Source: an uncultured virus (IMG/VR IMGVR_UViG_3300032462_001943) (taxonomy: Duplodnaviria; Heunggongvirae; Uroviricota; Caudoviricetes). Taken from it: DNA of 64,000 nt. Within the stretch, counting starts at the first letter, position 1. Every line of letters begins with the position of its first letter. Positions 39,198-48,278 of the stretch are shown one piece after another. The stretch lies in IMG/VR virus record IMGVR_UViG_3300032462_001943; one strand, 5' to 3'. The translations under genes and the position numbers were made by a program. The notes beneath the pieces were generated by a model, which had not been told where the DNA came from, ran no database searches, and saw nothing but the letters and a program-made list of their open reading frames with translations.

Positions 39198-40789
39198 TGG
39201 GATTCATGCACGGTGCGCCAATGCTACTTGGCAACAATACGGTTCCTGGCGTGCAATTGTCGCCAGAACTGAAGATGTATATTCCAAAGATTCTTCAGGC
39301 TTGCCGAGATTGGGGTCTGGACTTCTATCCAACTGTAGTTCAGTTGTTGACTTACGACGAGATCAGTGAAATTGCCGCCTATGGTGGTTTTCCTGTGCGT
39401 TTCCCGCACTGGTCTTTCGGTATGGAATATGAAGAACTTCAGCGAGGATATGAGTTTGGGATGCACAAGATTTACGAGATGGTAATCAATACCAACCCGT
39501 GCTACATCTACAATCTCAGTTCCAATACTCTGCTCGATCACTTGACCGTTGTTGCCCACGCTACAGGACACAATGACTTTTTCAAGAACAATATTCACTT
39601 CAGCGCTACCGATACGAACATGCTGAATAAGATGGCCAATCACGGCACTCGCATTCGTAAGTACATGGCTCGTTGGGGCAAGGAACGTGTTATTGAGTTT
39701 TTGGATTGGGTTATGAGGCTTGAAACTTTGATCGACGGAGCAGAAGCCTGGACTGATCGAGTCGTTTCTGAAAAGAACATTCGGGACGAGAGAACATACC
39801 GTCATCCAAGACGATTGACGGTAAACAAAGACCGTATGTACATGGAGCCTTTCTTAAACACAAAGGATTTCCGTGATCGAGAAAACGAGCGTATCTCTAA
39901 GCAAGATGTCGCTGATGAAATTGGCGTCTTTAAGGAGCCTACCAAAAACATCCTTGCTTATTTAAGAGATAACGCACCACTGAAACCGTGGCAGGCCGAT
40001 ATTGTGTCGATGTTATATGAAGAAGCAATTTACTTCTTCCCGCAACGTCAGACCAAGACCATAAATGAAGGATGGGCGTCGATGACTGACTCGGTGATTA
40101 TGGCCGAGCAGGGTTTCGTAGCACTTGGACAGAAGAGTCACGATTGCGGCATTATCGAATACGCCGATCACAAGATGGGTGTATTGGGCGGCAAGTATTC
40201 TATGAACCCATATAAGCTGGGATATTACCTGCTTAGGGATATTCGTAGCCGCTGGGACAAGGGACAGTTCGGACCTGAATGGGATGAATGTACCGACATC
40301 CGAATCAAAGAAAAGTGGGATACGAAAGCCGGATTGGGTAAAGAGAAGATTTTCGAGGTTCGCAAATATTACGACGACTTCACTTTGCTCCATGAGTTCT
40401 TTACTGAAGACTTTTGCCGTGAACAAGAATACTTCCACTGGAAACACTTCCCGAATGGTGAATTCAAAATTGACAATCGTGAGTTCAAAGACATCAAGCG
40501 TCTTCTGCTCCGAAGGCATTTGAATGGCGGCTTGCCGGATATTCGCCTGACAGAGCCGAACTATCGTGGCAAGGGAGCTATGTTCCTTCAGCACAACTTT
40601 GATGGTCGTGATATTTACGAGCCATATGTCTTTGATGTATTGACCGCACTGCGGGCAGTGTGGGGAGAAGATGTCTATCTGGCATCTGAAGATGAAGATG
40701 GCAATGAGAAAGTTTATTGCTGTTACGGGACCGACAGCACAAAGGACGTGGAGCTTGTGTCTCGTAAGGAGCACATCAAGCGTGGATGA
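39197..40789 (+). CDS. spoVR: SpoVR/YcgB family protein
   Basis: GFPVRFPHWSFG, IYEMVINTNP, AHATGHNDFFKNN, TKTINEGWAS, NPYKLG. Confidence 0.92.
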   Translation: MGFMHGAPMLLGNNTVPGVQLSPELKMYIPKILQACRDWGLDFYPTVVQLLTYDEISEIAAYGGFPVRFPHWSFGMEYEELQRGYEFGMHKIYEMVINTNPCYIYNLSSNTLLDHLTVVAHATGHNDFFKNNIHFSATDTNMLNKMANHGTRIRKYMARWGKERVIEFLDWVMRLETLIDGAEAWTDRVVSEKNIRDERTYRHPRRLTVNKDRMYMEPFLNTKDFRDRENERISKQDVADEIGVFKEPTKNILAYLRDNAPLKPWQADIVSMLYEEAIYFFPQRQTKTINEGWASMTDSVIMAEQGFVALGQKSHDCGIIEYADHKMGVLGGKYSMNPYKLGYYLLRDIRSRWDKGQFGPEWDECTDIRIKEKWDTKAGLGKEKIFEVRKYYDDFTLLHEFFTEDFCREQEYFHWKHFPNGEFKIDNREFKDIKRLLLRRHLNGGLPDIRLTEPNYRGKGAMFLQHNFDGRDIYEPYVFDVLTALRAVWGEDVYLASEDEDGNEKVYCCYGTDSTKDVELVSRKEHIKRG

Positions 40790-40967
40790 GTCAAAAGTAT
40801 TGACTGTATATGAGGAAGAAAGTTCTTATGAATTTATGTCTAGGCTCCAATTCGTCTTGATCGAGCTTGGAATAAAGGTCAGAGTAGTCGAAGAACATCC
40901 AGATTGTGCGATATATGCACTGTCACACGCTGAGAGAATAGATGGCAAAGAAAAAGAGTTCAATTGA
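40782..40967 (+). CDS. Small hypothetical protein
   Basis: GTG start with AAGGAG upstream; bridges spoVR and clpP. Confidence 0.45.
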   Translation: MDESKVLTVYEEESSYEFMSRLQFVLIELGIKVRVVEEHPDCAIYALSHAERIDGKEKEFN

Positions 40968-41619
40968 TTTCCTGGAGTTGGTGAATCAGGTTCATAATTA
41001 TGACTTGAATCCATTCAATCGTGAAATCTATTTACACAGCCATTATTCTGGACACGATGAAGAGAGTGGCATCGAATATCGGATGGCCACTCAGTTCATC
41101 AAGAATTTGAATTTGCTGGATCAGGATGCCGAAGAAAATATCCTGATTCATCTGCATAGTCCAGGTGGTGATTGGATTCACGGCATGGCTATTTTTGACG
41201 CAATTTTAGTGGCTCGGTCTTCGGTGAATATCTTGGCTTATGGGGAAGTATCTTCGATGAGCAGTGTGCTGTTACAAGCGGCATGTAAGCGAGTCATGAT
41301 GCCATCTTGTGAGTTCATGATTCATCGTGGGTTTTTGAGTTTGGAAGGCGTGGCGACCACAGTTCAATCGAATGCGGCGTGGAACAAAAAGACCGACATG
41401 AGAATGCTTCGACTATATGCGGGCAGAGCCGTGGACGGTCCTTTTTTTCGTCAAAATGACATGAACGAAAATCAGGTGGTTAAATTTATCGACCAAAAAA
41501 TACGCAAACTTGGCGATTGGAATCTCAGTGCAGAAGAAGCTGTCTATTACGGATTAGCAGACGGCGTATTCGGACAGCCTGGATATGAATCGCTAGACAA
41601 AATAAGGAAATGTTCATGA
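40942..41619 (+). CDS. clpP: ClpP-like protease
   Basis: HSPGGD, SSMSS (catalytic Ser), FMIH, AEEAVYYGLAD. Confidence 0.85.
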   Translation: MAKKKSSIDFLELVNQVHNYDLNPFNREIYLHSHYSGHDEESGIEYRMATQFIKNLNLLDQDAEENILIHLHSPGGDWIHGMAIFDAILVARSSVNILAYGEVSSMSSVLLQAACKRVMMPSCEFMIHRGFLSLEGVATTVQSNAAWNKKTDMRMLRLYAGRAVDGPFFRQNDMNENQVVKFIDQKIRKLGDWNLSAEEAVYYGLADGVFGQPGYESLDKIRKCS

Positions 41620-42227
41620 CGACAATTGACTCCCAGGCACCCGGCGCTCGTGTAAGTTACGGTAAAGAAAAAGAAGAACAGGTCATTAGATGCCTAAATG
41701 ACAATTATGCCGATCACGGTTATAATCTCGTTCCAGGCAGCTTCTTTGAAGATTGCCAAGAGAAAACAGATTGTTGGCAAGTGACCAAGAGCGGCAAAAG
41801 ATACCGTAGTGCCATTAAAGCCAGGGTGTCGAAGAATGATATTCTTGTTGCCATGCGTGATCCTTTCTATGGCATCAATCATCCAGAAACAGTTATTGGG
41901 AGAGATGTACTGGTAGAGTATTTTCAGTATATCACATTATCCAAAGATGGTTCTGTTATTCGAGTTGCTAACGGCAAGATCATCCATCAGATGTGCAACG
42001 TCTTGTGGGAAGAGTTTTTGGAAAAAGTGGGCGATGTCGATATGACTAAACACCCATATAATAAAGCAAGGCCAGCCAAGCTCATGTCTTCGGAAACATA
42101 TCCAGGTTGCGAGCTATGGCTACACTACGACCGCTGGAAAGGCCAGCCGAAAATGCTGGGGTTTATTCCTCCAGACATTTTGAAAGTCGGCAAAGAGATC
42201 AAGTACCACAATTTTATTCAGGAATGA
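41610..42227 (+). CDS. Hypothetical protein
   Basis: Operon-like continuation. Confidence 0.6.
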   Translation: MFMTTIDSQAPGARVSYGKEKEEQVIRCLNDNYADHGYNLVPGSFFEDCQEKTDCWQVTKSGKRYRSAIKARVSKNDILVAMRDPFYGINHPETVIGRDVLVEYFQYITLSKDGSVIRVANGKIIHQMCNVLWEEFLEKVGDVDMTKHPYNKARPAKLMSSETYPGCELWLHYDRWKGQPKMLGFIPPDILKVGKEIKYHNFIQE

Positions 42228-42231
42228 TATT

Positions 42232-42456
42232 ATGGCTGACGAAATGAATTGGCTGTTAACCGACGAGTTCGTTGCGTTCTCAGCAAAGATCAAAGATATT
42301 CATGAACGCAAGAAGACAAAGAAGTCTGAACTTAAAGCGTTCTATGACAAAATTCAGGTGGACATCAAGGCTCTTGAAGAGGAAGCCAAGGATGCTGAAG
42401 ATGAATTCCAGAATTGGAAAAAAGGACAAGAAGTCGAAGACAAAACTGATGAATAA
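42232..42456 (+). CDS. Small coiled-coil protein
   Basis: Helical K/E-rich ORF. Confidence 0.6.
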   Translation: MADEMNWLLTDEFVAFSAKIKDIHERKKTKKSELKAFYDKIQVDIKALEEEAKDAEDEFQNWKKGQEVEDKTDE

Positions 42457-42525
42457 TAGGCTGGAAATAGGACTCCGGTTTGGTTATACTGTTGCTTAAC
42501 ACAAAGAACCCAACCCGGAGTTAAT

Positions 42526-45120
42526 ATGACGCTAGAAATTTGCGGATTTGAACATTTACACCTTCATACGGATTTCAGCACCCTCGATGGCTACGGCATG
42601 GTTGAGGAATATGCGACTCGTGCGCCACTCATCAATCAAAAGTTTTTGACCATCTCAGATCACGGCATGTTGGGGGCCATCCCTCGTCAAATCAAAGCCT
42701 GTGACAAGATGAATGACAAAAAGGGAAAAGATACCCTATCTCCCATCTTCGCCTGTGAATTGTACGTCAACAGGCTTCAGCCCGAATCCAACGGTCTGGG
42801 TGACATGCAGAAGTTCATGGCTGATCTAAATGAAGATGAACAAAAGGAATGCCGTGCAGGATCGCATCTTTTGGCTATTGCCTACAACGAAATAGGCTAT
42901 AAGAATCTGGTCCGTCTATCATCCTGGGCGTGGACCAAGGGATTCTATCGTCATCCTCGTGTCAACTACGAACAGCTTCAGAAGTACAAGGAAGGACTGT
43001 TCTTCACGTCTTGTTGCTACAACAGTGAAGTTGGACGGGCTTTTGACCAACACGGTGAAGACGCCGCTTTCGCTATGATCGAGCGATATATTGAGATGTT
43101 CGGCAAGGAACACTACTTGCTGGAAATCATGTTGCTCGATTTTGAAAAACAAAAACCATATGACGCCTTCATTATCAAGGCTAAAGAAAAGTATGGTTTG
43201 AAATTGATCCTCACCAATGACTGTTTAGTCGATGGAACTTTAATTTGGACACATTTAGGTTTTCAACTTATTGAAAACTTAAATGTTGGAGACATGGTTC
43301 TTACACATAATAATAGATATCGTCCTATTGAAGTTAAAGTCAGTCGTAAACTAAATCATGATGAAAGAGTTTTTGAAGTCAAAGCAACTGCTGGCACTTT
43401 TTCTTTTCAATCAACTGGAAATCACAAAATTTATGTAAAACAAGGGGTCGATTTTAATTGGATTAAAACATCGAATTTAAAAAAAGGCGATTGTTTGGTT
43501 TATCCTGATTTTTCAAAATGTTCATTTTTTTCCAATCAAGATTTAGATTACATTGATCTTAGTGAATTCATCGAAGATGAAGATTTGTATTCTGAAGTAA
43601 CATATTCTAATAGACATAATTTGCGATGTGGCTTGCGTGAGAAGGACGGATATTATTTATCCCAAAGAGGATTTAGCGGCAATTCCACAGTTAAAATCCC
43701 GAAGTTATTTCCTGTAGATAAAGAATTTTGTCGAGTATTAGGATGGTACATTGCTGAAGGTTGGAGTGACACAAATTCGTACCAAGTTGGTTTTGCTCTT
43801 TCTATTCATGAACAAGATGTTGCTGATTTTTTAATTGCTTATTTTTCCAAATTTGGCATCAAAGTGAAGCAATATTCTGTTTCTGAAAATGGGATTGCCA
43901 TTAGATTTTCTAGCAAGGTATTCAATAGGGTTTTATCTAAAATATGTGGCAAAAAGGCTCTTAACAAACATTTGCCTTATATTAGTGGAACTTGGATTGG
44001 TAAATTCAGTGAAAGTCAATTCAAGCAAATTATAGCTTGTCACCAGTTTGGTGATGGAAGTTATTTGAATGGAGTTTTTGCTTTTCACAGCACAAGCAAG
44101 AAATTGATTTTTGAGATAGCTTCTGTGTTAAACGCAATGGGATTTCCGTCAATTCCATCGGTTGATAAGAAAAAAAATGTTAATTGGAATCAATGTTGGC
44201 ATTTGAATTATTCTGGCGACGCCGGGAAAAAGCTAAGCAATTTTCTTTGTGGTGTATCACAGGATACAGGCAATTCTTCTTTGTGGACTTACGAGAATGA
44301 ACATTGGTTGATTAAAATTCAAGAGGTCAATGAAATTGTTTACCAAGGAAATGTTCATGATTTTCAAGTTAAAGAAGATCATTCATTCACGGCAAACATG
44401 GCTGTAGTTTCTAATTGTCACTACTGCCAAGCAGAAGACAGTCATTTTCAGCGGCTTATGTTGATGGTTCAAACGGGACGTACTCTGGAAGAGATCAAGA
44501 GTGCTATTGCCCAGGATCAGATGCAAGACTTCTTTGAGCTTCAGGACGCCAACCTTTGGATGAAGTCTGAAGAAGACCTGAATGCCAAGTGGGAGAAAGA
44601 CTATAAGGATATTGTGCCTTATGAGCTTTTCTGTGAAGCCAAGCGAACGACTGTCGAAATCTGCAATAAAGCCAAGGGTGTTCAGCTTGATCGCTCGCTT
44701 AAATTGCCAGTCATTCCAGATGCCGATGAAACTCTCAAAGAACTCGTCATGCGTGGCTTCAAGTGGCGTGGTTTGCCACAAACCAGAGAATATACAGATC
44801 GCATCAAAGAAGAATACAGTCTCATTACCCGCAAGGGCTTCTCCAGTTACTTCTTGATTCAAAAGATGATGACAGATGAAGCACGACGGGTGTGTGTAGA
44901 GCTTCTGGGGTTTGGTGATGGTTCACAAGCTGTCGGTCCAGGTCGAGGCTCGGCGGTGGGCGCATTGACGTGTTATTGTTTGGGCATCACGAATGTAGAC
45001 CCTATCTATGAAGGGCTGTTGTTCAGTCGATTCATGAGCGAAGCTCGTGGTGGTCGAAGTATTGTTCTTGAGTTCAGAAACATGGACCCGCTCCCTCCAG
45101 AGGATGCGTTTGCAGCTTAA
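42526..45120 (+). CDS. dnaE: DNA polymerase III alpha, N-terminal part (PHP domain through GRGS/F.RF), intein-containing
   Basis: HLHLHTDFSTLDG, SDHG, TND|CHY, GFSSYFLI, GPGRGSAVG, LLFSRF; ends before PDxD. Confidence 0.9.
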   Translation: MTLEICGFEHLHLHTDFSTLDGYGMVEEYATRAPLINQKFLTISDHGMLGAIPRQIKACDKMNDKKGKDTLSPIFACELYVNRLQPESNGLGDMQKFMADLNEDEQKECRAGSHLLAIAYNEIGYKNLVRLSSWAWTKGFYRHPRVNYEQLQKYKEGLFFTSCCYNSEVGRAFDQHGEDAAFAMIERYIEMFGKEHYLLEIMLLDFEKQKPYDAFIIKAKEKYGLKLILTNDCLVDGTLIWTHLGFQLIENLNVGDMVLTHNNRYRPIEVKVSRKLNHDERVFEVKATAGTFSFQSTGNHKIYVKQGVDFNWIKTSNLKKGDCLVYPDFSKCSFFSNQDLDYIDLSEFIEDEDLYSEVTYSNRHNLRCGLREKDGYYLSQRGFSGNSTVKIPKLFPVDKEFCRVLGWYIAEGWSDTNSYQVGFALSIHEQDVADFLIAYFSKFGIKVKQYSVSENGIAIRFSSKVFNRVLSKICGKKALNKHLPYISGTWIGKFSESQFKQIIACHQFGDGSYLNGVFAFHSTSKKLIFEIASVLNAMGFPSIPSVDKKKNVNWNQCWHLNYSGDAGKKLSNFLCGVSQDTGNSSLWTYENEHWLIKIQEVNEIVYQGNVHDFQVKEDHSFTANMAVVSNCHYCQAEDSHFQRLMLMVQTGRTLEEIKSAIAQDQMQDFFELQDANLWMKSEEDLNAKWEKDYKDIVPYELFCEAKRTTVEICNKAKGVQLDRSLKLPVIPDADETLKELVMRGFKWRGLPQTREYTDRIKEEYSLITRKGFSSYFLIQKMMTDEARRVCVELLGFGDGSQAVGPGRGSAVGALTCYCLGITNVDPIYEGLLFSRFMSEARGGRSIVLEFRNMDPLPPEDAFAA
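43222..44415 (+). mobile_element. Intein (398 aa) with in-frame LAGLIDADG endonuclease in the PHP domain
   Basis: ND|CLVDGTLI...TGNHK...LGWYIAEG...FGDGS...VHDFQV.EDHSF...VSN|CHY; AT-rich. Confidence 0.9.
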
Positions 45121-45893
45121 ATTTTGTCTATCGCATCCAGAACTTTCCTGAGCGGCACTTGGTTATTTTCGATGTAAAAGAATTGGTATTGCTTTGGATC
45201 GCAACACGGTAGCGATGAGTATTCCATTTTCAATATCTCTGGCTCATCGCATTGTTCTGCAATTACTTCTCTGTGCCAATTGTGTTTTGCTAATGGTTTT
45301 TCATCAGGCATCGCAAGTATCATTCTTGGATGCTTGATGCCTCCGGCGTAGTGAGTCGTTCCTGTGTCTGTGCCAAGAAATATCTTGCTTCTGCGGACGT
45401 AGTTGAACGTATCGTAGATATTTTTGCTGTAGATGACACCAGGATGCTCGATGTTGATAATGTGCTTTTTGCGGGCGTCGATAACCATGCAGACCTTTTC
45501 ATGGCGACCGCATAGTTCTTGGAATGTTTCAAGAGCGGACTCTGGGGATATTTCTCGTTCTATGTTATATCCAACTGCCAATACTGGAATGAACACTACA
45601 TCTAAATCGGTTTCTTCTTCTCTGTAGTGATTCTTGAGATCGGTCCAGATGCCCTTTTCTCGCAGCAACGGGTTCCAGAACCACATATTGTAAGGCTCGA
45701 AAATTGGGTATTCAAAATGATTTGCTGAGGCAAAAACCACTAGGTTGTCTGGGAATAGTTCAATTGCTGAAACAAAGGGATTTGAGTCTTTGTAATGGAC
45801 ATCGTGTCCTTTGAGATTCAAATATTTGATTAAAGCGGTAGTTTGAATTTCATCGCCAATACGATATTCTGGATGGTCGTGGTAGTAAATCAT
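45117..45893 (-). CDS. GT9-like glycosyltransferase
   Basis: RIGDEI, FLGTDTGTTHYAG. Confidence 0.6.
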   Translation of the reverse strand: MIYYHDHPEYRIGDEIQTTALIKYLNLKGHDVHYKDSNPFVSAIELFPDNLVVFASANHFEYPIFEPYNMWFWNPLLREKGIWTDLKNHYREEETDLDVVFIPVLAVGYNIEREISPESALETFQELCGRHEKVCMVIDARKKHIINIEHPGVIYSKNIYDTFNYVRRSKIFLGTDTGTTHYAGGIKHPRMILAMPDEKPLAKHNWHREVIAEQCDEPEILKMEYSSLPCCDPKQYQFFYIENNQVPLRKVLDAIDKI

Positions 45894-45905
45894 CTATTGT
45901 CCAAT

Positions 45906-45938
45906 AAAAAAGGCAGGTGAGAAATCTCACCTGCCTTT
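45906..45938 (-). terminator. Intrinsic terminator
   Basis: GGCAGGTGAGA/TCTCACCTGCC stem with a T-run on the minus strand. Confidence 0.85.
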
Positions 45939-45961
45939 AATTATAGTCTGTTATTTACAGC

Positions 45962-47044
45962 TTACATCCCGCCGCCCATTAGTGCAGGATGACCCTTCAT
46001 TGCAGCCATCAGATTGTGATGTGCGCTCTTCTTTTTTGGAGGAGCAATCTTGCCAATCTTATCGTGAGGAGGAGCCGGAGGTCCACCCATGTCATCGCCA
46101 CCCATGTCGTCATCATCGTCGAGTCCTAGATCATCGTCGCCTAGATCATCGTCTTCATCACCCATGTCGTCGCCCATGTCTTCATCATCCATGTCGTCAT
46201 CGTCGTGCATGTCATCTGGATGTGGCATTTCTTCGTCATCGCCCATTCCCATATCATCGTCGTCCATGCCCATCATTCCAGGATGAGGAATTGGCTTCTT
46301 TTTCTTCATTTTGTGCATTGGCGGTCCACCAATATCGCCGCCACCATTTTCATCTCCCATTGGAGGAGCAACCATTTCATTCATAGCCTTGGCGAGTCTT
46401 CGAGCGTACATTTCATCACGCTCCATCAGAATGGCTAGAGCCTTGAAGGTTTCAGGATGATCGACCATTTCCTTGACCAATTTGCCAAACAAGCCATTTC
46501 TCTTCATTTCACGAACCAAAGCGGAGACGTACTTCTGGTTGCATTTGCAGACAGCGATAGTTTCTTTGATTGAGTTATGAGGAGATTCTTGGCAGGCACA
46601 TTCATCAAGACCCTTGAGCGCTTCTGTCCGAACTGTTTTTGTGAATTCAGCTAGAGACATACCTTTAGTGCGATCAACCCATTCCTGAGTTTTGGTCTTA
46701 GGCCAAGTGGCTTGTTTTTTGCCACCAGGGACACCGTTTTCGTCTTTGCTGACGCCGTTTTTTCCACCATACCAACCATAGCCCGGTTCGTATTTGAGTT
46801 TAGAATCGCCCTTATGAGCAAAGCCATCGCCCAATTTGCCTTTATTGGGGTCTTTAGCGTCAGTCCCACCCTTGTAAGGTTTGACTTCGCCATCTTGACC
46901 CTTACCGCCAGCGTCTTTGTGTTTCTTCTCTTTAGCAGGTTTGGTTTCGATACTTCCCTCGAAGTCGGCAATCTGCTTGACAGTGCTGGAAGTTTTCAAC
47001 TTCTTGTTGCGATCTAAATATTCTTGAAATTTCATGTGTGCCAT
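45962..47044 (-). CDS. Hypothetical protein with a long Asp/Met-rich tract (possible head internal/scaffold protein)
   Basis: MKFQEYL N-terminus; acidic low-complexity region; GGAG RBS. Confidence 0.65.
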   Translation of the reverse strand: MAHMKFQEYLDRNKKLKTSSTVKQIADFEGSIETKPAKEKKHKDAGGKGQDGEVKPYKGGTDAKDPNKGKLGDGFAHKGDSKLKYEPGYGWYGGKNGVSKDENGVPGGKKQATWPKTKTQEWVDRTKGMSLAEFTKTVRTEALKGLDECACQESPHNSIKETIAVCKCNQKYVSALVREMKRNGLFGKLVKEMVDHPETFKALAILMERDEMYARRLAKAMNEMVAPPMGDENGGGDIGGPPMHKMKKKKPIPHPGMMGMDDDDMGMGDDEEMPHPDDMHDDDDMDDEDMGDDMGDEDDDLGDDDLGLDDDDDMGGDDMGGPPAPPHDKIGKIAPPKKKSAHHNLMAAMKGHPALMGGGM

Positions 47045-47185
47045 AAGATTGTCTCCGTTTTCTTATCTAGTGTGCTGTTGGTGTATTTAACACCAAACTT
47101 CTTTCGTTGGGTAAAGGTATTTTGCTTTCAGAGGATCATAAAAACTCAACTCGAAGGTATATATTAAGAGCAAGAGTAAAACAGG

Positions 47186-47449
47186 ATGGTGAATATGCGT
47201 TTCCGAAAGTTCGATGATTTTTTGAAAGAGCGAGAGGTCAGTGAGTCCTACAGTGGCTCGTTGAATCGCACCGCTTTGGACTACGACAAGAAACTTGCGC
47301 AGTTCAATGCTCGTTTTGATGACCCAAAGCAGGGTGATGAGATCGTCAGGGCTGCGGGATACAAAAGCGTGGGAGCCTTCGTTACTGACCCAGATCAGAA
47401 GAAATGGTCGAGACTGAAGATTCCTGGTCAGCAAAATTACGTCCGATGA
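47186..47449 (+). CDS. Small hypothetical (possible internal head) protein
   Basis: MRFRKFDDFLKERE; TATATA upstream. Confidence 0.55.
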   Translation: MVNMRFRKFDDFLKEREVSESYSGSLNRTALDYDKKLAQFNARFDDPKQGDEIVRAAGYKSVGAFVTDPDQKKWSRLKIPGQQNYVR

Positions 47450-47451
47450 GC

Positions 47452-47480
47452 TTTACAAAGGTGAATCGGAGTGGTAGAAT
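47452..47480 (+). promoter_or_regulatory. Sigma70-type promoter with extended -10
   Basis: TTTACA-17 bp-TAGAAT with TGn. Confidence 0.7.
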
Positions 47481-47482
47481 GA

Positions 47483-47626
47483 TTGTACCTGACCGAAGGA
47501 TGCTTGGTCCGAAAGGCCCTTTTCTTAGCGTACAGGCCCGCTTCCGAAGGTGAAATGATCGAAACGCTGGTTAACCAATCTCCAGATTTCGGCTTTCACT
47601 GAATTGGTTGTGAAAAATTGGTACAA
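47483..47626 (+). ncRNA. Candidate structured RNA abutting the tmRNA 5' end
   Basis: Four nested complementary segments; no ORF. Confidence 0.45.
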
Positions 47627-48002
47627 GGGGCCGTCCCGGTTTCGACGGCGGTGGATGAGGTTAGAGTGGCACGCAGACGTTGATCGAAAGGCGTCTCAAA
47701 AATTCGATCAAGCCTTAACTGGCGAAACTGTTAAGTTCCCAAGTGCTGCTCCGGCAGCACTTGCTGCCTAAGCAATTAGGCACTGACTGAGAAAGCGCCG
47801 CAAGTAGCGTTCAAAAGTCAGCCGCAAAATCTTGCTGGTCTGAAGGTGGGCGACTTACCTGAAGACGAGAAAATAGGTCGATAAGGCTGATGGACCTTTG
47901 CTCGGAGTGGTCCCGAAAGCCCGACAAATGAACAAAGAGACAAGCGTGTAGAGGCTTTAATTTTGTTATCGCCACACAGGGGTTCGACTCCCCTCGGCTC
48001 CA
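47627..48002 (+). ncRNA. ssrA: tmRNA; tag GETVKFPSAAPAALAA* (47721-47771)
   Basis: Acceptor stem GGGGCCG/CGGCTCC-A with G3:U, TTCGAC D-like loop, T-arm AGGGG-TTCGACT-CCCCT, TAACT before the resume codon, tag ending ALAA. Confidence 0.93.
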
Positions 48003-48016
48003 TTAAAATTCGCATG

Positions 48017-48050
48017 ACCTCCACTACTATAATGGTAGTGGAGGTTTTTT
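48017..48050 (+). terminator. Intrinsic terminator after the tmRNA
   Basis: ACCTCCACTAC...GTAGTGGAGGT-TTTTT. Confidence 0.85.
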
Positions 48051-48278
48051 ATGCTTGTGTATTGTTGTGTGTGCAGAAAAGAGTTTGAAAGACTCAATCT
48101 TGAAGACCTAAAGCAACAATGGGATTCCCAGAAGGGAAGAAGTTCTTCGAGAATTTGCAAAAGCCGTTATGAAACGCTGAGATGATCTTTTTTTTTGCTA
48201 ATAGCCCGCTCTTTGAGCGGGCTATTTTCATTTCATGGGCTTGTTTTTCATACATACCACTACATCAAGGAGGCATGT

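Noticed and set aside
35604..40774. Long antisense ORFs over prkA and spoVR
   Set aside because: Codon-bias shadows of strongly conserved sense genes; no recognisable motifs.
47960..48002. Stand-alone tRNA
   Set aside because: The T-arm and acceptor strand belong to the tmRNA, and there is no anticodon arm. No tRNA genes were recognised in the window.
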